Positions 23,250 through 33,000 of a DNA stretch of 35,122 nucleotides are shown here, one piece after another (the stretch's first letter is position 1; each line of letters opens with the position of its first letter). The position numbers were made by a program, and so were the translations under genes. The stretch lies in assembly GCF_001194135.2 (NCBI RefSeq), contig NC_068996.1, positions 20,588,487-20,623,608 on the forward strand, read 5' to 3'. A model generated the notes under the pieces. That model had not been told where the DNA came from. It made no database searches and saw only the letters and a list, made by a program, of their open reading frames with translations. The DNA comes from Octopus bimaculoides (lineage: Eukaryota).

Positions 23250-23544
23250 CTGTGTTGATGGTGTGCCATTTGTAGCAGCAGGACTATCTCCATTATTACC
23301 ACTAGCTGGAGCATTTGGTGCTTCAGAATCAGGTACCGGAGAACCAGCTTTAACTTGTGGTATACAACTCCCTGCCAAAGCAACAGATGTCGGTGCTGAA
23401 GATGATTGGTCAGATTCAGTTTTCACTGCTGATTGGTTCAATCCTGGACCAGTCACACGGTCTTGTCTTTCAATTACAATTCGGCTTTGTTCAGTTGAAG
23501 AGGTAAAAGTTATATTTTTATCGGAGTATGGAGCTGGAAGGTCA
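23250..23544 (-). CDS. HIRA: HIRA exon, S/P/A-rich linker: DLPAPYSDKNITFTSSTEQSRIVIERQD...NGTPSTQ
   Basis: 295 nt, tttcag acceptor, CAG|GTATTT donor, phase 2 to 0. Contained in track ORF 23238..23669. Confidence 0.9.
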
Positions 23545-24088
23545 CTGAAATTAAAATACAAGTAAAATTCCAATATAATATCTGAAATTTTTTGTACAGC
23601 AAAATTTGTTTCAATTTCTGACCATAATTCTATTGAAAGAGTGCTGAATTCAATTATAACCAAATTCATAAAAAGAAAACAAAAACTTAACTCCTAGCAG
23701 CCAAACTTCCTCACTATAATGGGGGTGTGTCTATATTATATACCACCATTTAATGTCTGTTATACATGTCAGCATAGGCTAGGCATTTTGACAGAATCTG
23801 GCAAGCTCAGAGTTGCATTGTGCTGTGTCAGCTTTGTCATGGTTTTTACAGTTGACTGCATTTCCTAATGTGACTTTATTGGGTGTACTGAATGCGCTAG
23901 TGAGATAACAAAGCAGCTTGCAAGACAGTAAGTAAAGAACAAAAGGAAAAAAATTGACTAAGTTCAGGGATTATATGAGAGGGGTAAAAGATGGCTTTTT
24001 ACAAGCAAAGGTATCTTACTATAGAGAAGATAGAGAGAAACATATATATATATGTATGTATATATATATATAGATAGATAGATAGATA

Positions 24089-24994
24089 NNNNNNNNNNNN
24101 NNNNNNNNNNNNNNNNNNNNNNNNNNNNNNNNNNNNNNNNNNNNNNNNNNNNNNNNNNNNNNNNNNNNNNNNNNNNNNNNNNNNNNNNNNNNNNNNNNNN
24201 NNNNNNNNNNNNNNNNNNNNNNNNNNNNNNNNNNNNNNNNNNNNNNNNNNNNNNNNNNNNNNNNNNNNNNNNNNNNNNNNNNNNNNNNNNNNNNNNNNNN
24301 NNNNNNNNNNNNNNNNNNNNNNNNNNNNNNNNNNNNNNNNNNNNNNNNNNNNNNNNNNNNNNNNNNNNNNNNNNNNNNNNNNNNNNNNNNNNNNNNNNNN
24401 NNNNNNNNNNNNNNNNNNNNNNNNNNNNNNNNNNNNNNNNNNNNNNNNNNNNNNNNNNNNNNNNNNNNNNNNNNNNNNNNNNNNNNNNNNNNNNNNNNNN
24501 NNNNNNNNNNNNNNNNNNNNNNNNNNNNNNNNNNNNNNNNNNNNNNNNNNNNNNNNNNNNNNNNNNNNNNNNNNNNNNNNNNNNNNNNNNNNNNNNNNNN
24601 NNNNNNNNNNNNNNNNNNNNNNNNNNNNNNNNNNNNNNNNNNNNNNNNNNNNNNNNNNNNNNNNNNNNNNNNNNNNNNNNNNNNNNNNNNNNNNNNNNNN
24701 NNNNNNNNNNNNNNNNNNNNNNNNNNNNNNNNNNNNNNNNNNNNNNNNNNNNNNNNNNNNNNNNNNNNNNNNNNNNNNNNNNNNNNNNNNNNNNNNNNNN
24801 NNNNNNNNNNNNNNNNNNNNNNNNNNNNNNNNNNNNNNNNNNNNNNNNNNNNNNNNNNNNNNNNNNNNNNNNNNNNNNNNNNNNNNNNNNNNNNNNNNNN
24901 NNNNNNNNNNNNNNNNNNNNNNNNNNNNNNNNNNNNNNNNNNNNNNNNNNNNNNNNNNNNNNNNNNNNNNNNNNNNNNNNNNNNNNNNNNNNNN
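24089..24994. other. Assembly gap (N run) flanked by (GATA)n
   Basis: N run. Other gaps at 11587-11771, 14828-14837 and 18115-18637, all next to microsatellites or repeats. Confidence 0.99.
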
Positions 24995-25815
24995 ATAGAT
25001 AGATAGATAGATAGATAGATGTAGCCATCTGGTTTCACCAGTCTTCAGTCAAACCATCCAACCCATGCTAGCATGGAAAGCGGATGTTAAACGATGATGA
25101 TGATGATGATAGATAGATAGATAGATACACACACACACACACACACACACAAAACAACAGTTGAGTTAAGTCAGACACACAGGCAACACAGAATATTGCT
25201 TGAAGTATGGACAACTGAAGGTCTTAATAGAGAGCTGCATGATAATACCATATCAAACTCCTTTGTATCTAGTACATGTACTAGATACAAATTTTGAAAA
25301 ACCAAATAAAACAATTCCATTTGCTTTGTCTTCTAAAAATATGCAAATTTCAAAAGCCAAGTCAGCAACAGCTCTGTATTTAGGACCCACCTCTCACTAT
25401 CAGGTAGCATTGCTGTTTATACATTTGTACTCAATATGTGAGTTCAGTAACATGTAATTGGTTGTTTAATCATAATATTGTGGTTTTGATTGCTTGACCC
25501 AAATGGTGCACTGCGTTCATGGACTTAATTTCACGCTATTCCAGTTCGTCTGATATGAGTAACCCCATGGCAAACATTCATGGTGAATGTTGTGATCTCA
25601 GTTGGCCCTATGAGTTCTAGGACTCAAGACAGTGTCCAGGGGACTTACTTTACAATAATGTATTTTAAATTAAATGACTAGAGTAAAAACAAAAACAAAA
25701 TCAATATCAGTCATTATGTGGGAGCTCATGTATGATTCTACATCAACTAGTGGTACATGGCGGCGGCGGCGACAACAACAACAACAACAATAATAATAAT
25801 AGTAATAATAATAAG

Positions 25816-26170
25816 ACTAAAACAATACCTATTGTCATAGGTGCCCTGGGAATGACAGCGAAACGGGCTGATTACTACCTAGCTCAGATACCAGGAAACC
25901 CCAAAATGGCTGAAGTTCAAAAGATAGTGCTCATGGGAACTGCCCATATCCTACATAAAATACTGTCTATGTGATCTCAAATTTTAAAACAAACACATAA
26001 TTTTCTTATGGTTTCTTAAACATTCTCTAGGACAACACTATGTACAAATCCAAATATATGGTACCCTAGGCATAACACCTACATGAACTTCTAACTTGTT
26101 GTCTCTTTAGGTCTCTGGGTGAGACTTGGATCCAACTTGTACAAATGCAAAACAAAAGTCAAACATAAAA
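25816..26170 (+). mobile_element. 5'-truncated R4/Dong-like (restriction-like endonuclease) non-LTR retrotransposon 3' end
   Basis: TIPIVIGALG...VQKIVLMGTAHILHKILSM* is a typical REL C-terminus. It is followed by a ~190-bp 3' UTR and flanked by (TAA)n on both sides. Confidence 0.8.
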
Positions 26171-26172
26171 TG

Positions 26173-26209
<37 letters not shown>

Positions 26210-26370
26210 TAATAATGATAGAGATGAAATGCCTAAGCCGATAAATTTCAGGTCTTAGATATATGGTTAATGTATTGTTGTCCATTTTGTTCACACATGC
26301 ACTGATATAAATGTTAATGTTACAGAACAAGCAAAATGATAAAAAAAATTAACTAAATTATTTAACCTAC

Positions 26371-26466
26371 CTTGAGGAAGTATCAACAGTTATCTTTCGG
26401 GGTTCACTGTTTGAGCAGTTTTGGCTATCAAAAGGCATCATCATTTCACCATTATCACAGCCCTGA
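26371..26466 (-). CDS. HIRA: Probable HIRA exon (symmetric, possibly alternative): QGCDNGEMMMPFDSQNCSNSEPRKITVDTSS
   Basis: 96 nt, cccttcttatag acceptor, AG|GTAGGT donor, phase 2 to 2, stop-free in the required frame. No recognisable homology, and the gene model stays in frame without it. Confidence 0.6.
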
Positions 26467-26761
26467 CTATAAGAAGGGATAAACATAAATAAATAAATAA
26501 ATTAAAAAAATAGACAGACAAACAAATAACGATAGATATTAAGTTTTTCTGATAAATTTGTTGTACAATAATCTTTGATGATTTTACCAGGTGATACAAG
26601 CAGACATAACAAAACTAAAGCTATCTCAAAGACTAGTGCTCTTCTTCAGATACAGAACAATACTTCAGTTCAGATCAGATGTTGACCTGTGACAAAACTC
26701 AAATATGACCTATAATGGAGTATTACTCTCACATCAGGGATGGTGCTGCTGGTACACATGT

Positions 26762-27151
26762 TGTTGTTGTTGTTGGCACTCCGTCGCTTACGACATCGAG
26801 GGCTCCAGTCGATCCGCTCAACGGAACAGCCTGCTTGTGAAATTAACATGCAAGTGGCTGAACACTCCACAGACACGTGTACCCTTAATGTAGTTCTCGG
26901 GGATATTCAGCGTGACACAGAATGTGACAAGGCTGACCCTTTGAATTACAGGCACAACAGAAACAGGAAGTAAGAGTGAGAGGAAGTTGTGGTGAAAGAG
27001 TACAGCAGGGTTCGCCACCATTCCCTGCTGGAGCCTCGTGGAGCTTTAGGTGTTTTCGTTCAAACACTCACAACGTCTGGTCTGGGAATCGAAACCGCAA
27101 TCCTATGACCGCGAGTCCGCTGCCCTAACCACTGGGTCATTGCGCCTCCAC
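26762..27151 (-). mobile_element. Full-length tRNA-derived SINE with (CAA)n tail and 11-bp TSD
   Basis: A box TGACCCAGTGG, B box GGTTTCGATTCC, tail at ~26761-26775, TSD GGTACACATGT at 26751-26761 and 27152-27162. Confidence 0.9.
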
Positions 27152-27681
27152 GGTACACATGTAGACAACTCTGAACCCACACTGAAGTACTACTCACATA
27201 TCTGAGGTACCTAAGATCTACAATGGATTACTGCTTTCACAAGACAGAGCTGTTGTCGTCAAACATACATCATAGACACCCTCCAAAAGTATGTCTTCTA
27301 ACTGATCAGTAAAATCTCACAAACTCATTTCAGCTACTGACCCATACACATGATCTCTTCTTCCTACCCGTACTCACACTATTACAACGGCATCTGTCCC
27401 TTGATCAACTCAATACCCCTTAATACACTTAATACCTCTGCCTGCTCTACCTCCCTTATTGTCGTCACCTACCTCTCAGCTTACATAATCTTTCTTCCTC
27501 CTGAATTCCTTCTTCATCCATATTTTCCCTACAGATGTTCAAAGTGAGCACCACTTGAATAAATCGTTTTAAAAACAAAACAGTGGTCACATGACTTCCT
27601 CAAGGATACAATAGAATGGTTGTTGAAGAAAGACTTGAACCTATTTCACTGCCATCATGCTCAATTTCACAATATAATTAC

Positions 27682-27767
27682 CTCATGTCAGGTTGAGGAG
27701 CAAGATATATTGGAGTAATTCTTCGTCTTCCATCTGCAGTTCGTGTTTCTATTTGCTTATCGGTGGG
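27682..27767 (-). CDS. HIRA: HIRA exon, B-domain (ASF1-binding): PTDKQIETRTADGRRRITPIYLAPQPDM(S)
   Basis: 86 nt, ttttatattcag acceptor, AG|GTAATT donor, phase 0 to 2. Near-identical to human KQVETRTADGRRRITP as recalled. Confidence 0.96.
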
Positions 27768-29470
27768 CTGAATATAAAAGAGAGAAAAGAAGGTAAAGTT
27801 GAATAAAGTTCAAATCATAAATTAATTTTCCCTTGAGAAGCAACCAAAGAACCGAGAATACAATATGAAAAAAATCTCTTTTTTGTTTTAAATAGAAAGT
27901 AAGAACTGCTTTCCATCATTTTCATAAGCAATGTACAGGGTGAATATATAAGTTGATGAACCAATAATAATAAATGGATAAAACACAAAAAACATGGTCC
28001 AATGGATTTTAGTTATAAAACATTTATTAGCTTTAATATCAATCACAATATTAGTAGCACTATTAATAGTAATAGTAGTAATGGTGATGATAGTACTGAT
28101 GATAGTTAAAGTGGTGGTAGTAGTAACAGTAATAATAACAGTGGTGGTATAAATCTTTCTTATAAACAACTCAGATAATACAGGCAATCACTACTGCCAA
28201 CAACAAAATAAGGAAAACAATTCATGCTTACCTTATTTATAAATAAATTTTACAAAGAAAGTAGCCTGTGGGCTGTTGCTAGAGATGTTAGAAATAGCAA
28301 CTAAATTTCCTCAAATTAAAATCTATTAGCTTATAAAAGAGGAAAGAACATATTAGATGATGAAGTGTAGATATACAAAGAAGAAAAAAACATCACGAGA
28401 GGGGTGTGGCTGGAACACATCTGGTCATAGGGCTGTTCTATTAGAGCTGATCTCAGACTAAAAGGGTACTATATTTATATATGTAAAACTACTTATTTCT
28501 CTATAGATTGAAAAGAAAATTATGGAGTCTTAATCTAGTTTCGACCCTTATTAGGATTTCATCAGGTGTCTATATAACTTGACTAATCCCAGAGTAAAAA
28601 GTAGCCGTTCTGTTTATACACACACCAATTCTAATAGCTAGAGAACTGGAGCTACTAATTTGCATAACATTAGTGTTTAACATTTTATTTAATATCAGTG
28701 ACCTGATATTAAATATGACATCTCACAGTCTAAACTCATGTTTCCCCTAAGTTCAACAAAGTTCAACCATTAGCAACAGCACAAATCAGATACTTATTTA
28801 CATGCTATACTTCTATATCAGAGGAAACTAATCTAGCTTTCATTTTACCATTATTGGAGATAACTGCACAGCAGAAGACTAACCAAGATGATGTTATGAT
28901 GCCTTAATATTCAAAAATTCTAATGCATTATAATTAACCCTAATTTGCATCCCTACCTCTCTTAGAACTTTTACACTCTACAGGTCGTTCAATCCTTCCT
29001 TTCTAGAATAAACTGTCCTTGAATCTTCCAGCCCCTGTCTATGTTCTGCCATCAGTTCATGTTGATGGTTACTAACAGCATCGACTTATTTCACCCTTTT
29101 CTGTCCCAAAATACTTTTCTTCCTACTTTAATTAAACTAAAAGAGAAATTACTGGATACCACTTGGTTGGAAGCTTTTTTTTTTTTTAATATAAGTACCA
29201 ATAATATAGCCAACTATTCCAAAATATTCCACAATTGAAAAACAAAAACATCATCATCATCATCATCATCACTATTATTAGCCTGTCTCCAACTAGTGTT
29301 TGCTCTTTTTTTTCAATATTTTTAATAAACATGTCTAAATGAATGAATTAAGACAAAATCAGAATTATATTTGAAAAGCTTGGTTAAGAGATTAAATGAC
29401 TCCAAAATGAAGCTATCAAATATTAAAATATTAGCTCTCCATCTCTGACACAAACACATACGTGCACACA

Positions 29471-29518
<48 letters not shown>

Positions 29519-29820
29519 GTAGCCAATGTAACAATATCATTTATGTGCAATACATTTAGTATAGTGCTTGTATTTAGTATTGTGCAAAAAAGGAAAAATG
29601 TACTTCCATTGTTACAAATGGCCAAAAGTTTAAGATAAAGATTAGTTTGAGAGGGTAGCAGCAATGGAAACCAATGTTAACTGATTATCTGACTTATGGA
29701 TGAATTTCTATAGGGAAAGCTATGGACAGTTACATACAAAAGACAAGACAAAGTGATGTATTTAGTATATAGTGTTTGTGGATTGAGACACAAAAGTCTC
29801 TGGAAGTGTTCCTAACTGCA

Positions 29821-30062
29821 CTTTCCTTTTAACATTATTTACATTTGACGGATATTTGTCCTCATCTTGTTTGTTGTCAACACATTTTGGCTGATATACC
29901 CTCCAGCCTTCATCAGGTGTCTTGGGGAAATTTAGAACCTGGGTTTTCATTCATAAGGTATCTTTCGATGTTATTGTTATTATTATTCAGGTCACTGCCT
30001 GAAATCGAACTCAGAATCTTGGGGTTAGTAGCCCGCACTCTTAACCACTACGCCATATGCAC
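29821..30062 (-). mobile_element. Short tRNA-derived element with a hammerhead-like 3' region
   Basis: A box TGGCGTAGTGG (30055-30045), anticodon-like arm GGG-CTACTAA-CCC, B box GAGTTCGATTTC, an (AAT)-rich linker, then GACAC-CTGATGA-A-GGCTG...CAGCC. Confidence 0.7.
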
Positions 30063-33000
30063 TTTCCTTACATATTGACCAAAGCCAAGTCTCAGATAGC
30101 ATTGGCTCCTAATATATCTTCAACTAATATTTTTGAATTTTACATTTTAATTTTCACCATCTTCTCTAGTGCTTCCTCTTTTTCTCTCTCTCAATAGGAA
30201 ACCCCACTCTCAATGGAGAGAATCTTATCTTGTAAGTTTCTTGCTGACTTCATTTGTGTCAATTCCACACAAAAAACATCAAGTACATTTTGTAAAGTGG
30301 TTGATATTAAGGGCATCTAACTATAGAAACCACGCCAAAGTAGACATTGGAGTTTGGCCTCTAGCTTGCTGACTTTTGTTGAACTGCTCAAACTATGCCA
30401 GCATGAAAAACATGGTAAAAGAAGTTTATGTTGATGATGATAATCTTTTCTTTATCAATCAAGCCATTGTCACTTTCCTATACAGTCACTCAAACAGCCA
30501 AATCACATCCATCCATCTTAATAAAGAAAGAAACCATTGTACATGTAATTCTAGATAGACTGTATTTGAATAAATGAGTGGATAGTCACTGGCCACAGGT
30601 ATAGCTGTGTGGTTAAGAAGTTTGCTTCCTACCCACATGGTTTTGGGTTCGGTCCTGCTGTGCAGTAGATACTTTGGACAAGCACCTTCTATTTTGCTCC
30701 CAGGCTGACCAAGGCCTTGCGAGAGGATATGGCAGACTGGAACTAGCTAATGAAGCTTGCAATCCACCACAAAAGCATATATGGGCTTCATAGCATGTCA
30801 CATTGCAATCTTCGTAAACAAAAGTTCATTAAAACAGTGTTATTTATTTTCAGTGAAGGTTACTTGTTGTTCAATAAACTAGAACCTTATTATTACTTCA
30901 CTTGAAAACAGATAGGGTTGTTGACAAGAAGTGCATCTGGCCATAGAAAACTCTGCCCAACATACTTTTATCTGACCCACGCAAGCACCAAGAACTAGGC
31001 GTTAAGACAATGATAATGATTCATCCAAGCATCATATAGCTACATGGGTCATATTGTTCTGCAAGCACAAACCCTAACTATTGAAAAATCTATGTATTTC
31101 TCTTTAAAAAAAAAATCTCACCACTCAATATCCAACCCTTCTATGCATTGCTCACCAATTTTCATTAGATATATACTTCTTAACCCACCATCCCATGTAA
31201 TACCTACCAAGCCACCCACCTACCTACCTACCTATTCTATACATTACAGGTTCAACTGAATATACATACAATCAAAGTGTTATACAAAATGTCCTATAAC
31301 CATTTTATCAGACGCATCATCAATGATTACTTTTAATGGAACTGAAGCTATATCAATCATACAAAGGTAATTTTCTGCAAATTCAGGGAAATTTCAAAGT
31401 ACAATGTTTTAAGTGAGAAGTGAACTGAAAGAATGCAGACTTCAGCCAGAATATGAGATGATCAACCAGAATATACCATTTCCCATATATATACCCACAT
31501 ATACATACATACAAACACACACACATGAGTATGTATGTATTTCAAATAATTAATGTTTGTATGTGTATAGCTAATTCACATGATGTAAGATGTGGAGTCT
31601 TCACGTCAGTTAGAGTTATTAAATAAGCAAGTAAGGATTGACTGTAAGGATGAAGATGTGGGAGAGAGGAAAGTGAGAGATGTAGATGAAAGAGATTTCC
31701 TGACTGTTGCATAAAGCAGATAACTAGATAGATTCAATAGGAGTTGAAAACATAGAAACAATAACTTGAGTAACCATCAAAAAGATGGAGAGGAGGAAAG
31801 AAATGACAATTAGTAGTTTTAACATTATTAAAGCTTTCAGAAAGGTAAGAGATAACAAGCTAAGAAAAAAAGATGAAGTATTAATAGTAATATTTCAGCA
31901 AAGATAATGAGGAAGGGGAGGATGCAAAAGTATTGAGTTAAGTGGAAGAGAAGAAAGGGTTTTTTTTTCTTATGTTTTTGAAGAAAGAAAATTTTGTGTA
32001 ATCCACTTTTCCATACTTGCATGGATCAGATGGAATTTGTATGGACCAGATGGAAGGTTTTCTATGGCTAAATGTTGTTCTTGTTGCCAAGTGTTATCAG
32101 GTTCCAAAGTAATATTTTCCCTTGGCTAGACATGTTTTTACAGCAGGTTGGAATTGAAGATGATAGCTTGTCTGGTGGTGATGCTCATATACAACTATTA
32201 CATGATATAAGAACAAAGAGACACGAACACTAACACATATTTCTTTTAGTTTCTGTCAAACAAATTCACTCCTAAGGCTTTTGTTGGCCCAAGATTGTAT
32301 GAGAAGACTTGCTCATAGCACCACTTAGTAAGACTGAACTCTAAACTATGTGGTTGGGAAGTGAACTTGTTAGCAAGGCAATCATGCTTCTGTGTGTATG
32401 TATTGGAAATGAGGACGAAATTATGAGACAGTGTTAGATAGATAGGGAGAAATAGAAAGAGAGTAAAAGAACAGAATAAAAAGTGTAAGCAAGAGAGCTT
32501 CAGTTGAATATTGATCAGCAATACATCATATAAATGGCAGAGTTGTGCCAACATATTTTAAGATAGTTTGTTAGTGCTAATATATAGAGACACAAACTCA
32601 CGCAAACTAATGAAATATATTTGAGGAAAGAAATATTTTCAGTAGCATGATAAATATTACAAAAAAATAAAAAAACAAACAAGAATTTAAGGGAAAAGAA
32701 GAAAAAATCATTCTAAACAGTTTTTGAAATAAAAATCGTAATAAAATCAACTTTGTCCCTACCTCAAATACGGTGTCCAATTCTCTCTCCTAAGAATAAA
32801 ACAAAAGGGAAATTTTTACTGAAAATTTATTATCAATGCATTATCAACATCTTTGTTTTATCACTCACTATGCCTATGTTTCCTAGTTAGCATACCTCAT
32901 TACTTAAGTAATTGGTCAATAATGACAATTAGGAACTAATTCACAGAGTAAACTCTTACTATTAACAGAGGTTATGTCAAGTTCGGTAAAACAGTAGAAT

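Larger units (their letters stand above)
2200..27767 (-). other. HIRA: HIRA (histone H3.3 chaperone subunit) gene, partial: B-domain through most of the C-terminal Hira domain
   Basis: 13 exons with AG/GT boundaries and consecutive phases 0-2-2-0-2-2-0-0-2-2-1-2-2-1 give one stop-free frame. Translations match human HIRA motifs as recalled (B-domain, GRPRK, IEVxN, VCVACE, GIPxxxLS, EYRxWLLxYxRYL). The gene continues beyond both ends. Confidence 0.95.

Noticed and set aside
23263-23565. 100-aa plus-strand ORF
   Set aside because: Antisense shadow of HIRA exon 23250-23544.
17992-25038. Long ORFs of 200-350 aa in the track (also those at 11457-12033)
   Set aside because: Artefacts of N runs and dinucleotide repeats.
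26980-27151. tRNA genes at the SINE heads (also 29990-30062 and 18900-18974)
   Set aside because: Only A/B boxes and partial arms are present, with no complete cloverleaf or acceptor stem, and each continues into a repeat body.
27888-28187. Thr/Ile-rich 99-aa ORF
   Set aside because: Decayed trinucleotide (AGT/AAT/GGT) low-complexity tract with no splice or homology support.
28521-28570. Third hammerhead-like motif on the minus strand (GACAC-CTGATGA...CGAAAC)
   Set aside because: It shares a 13-mer with the copy near 29910 and has a plausible stem II, but I could not build both stem I and a stem III/NUH site in a type I or type III topology. At best a decayed relative.
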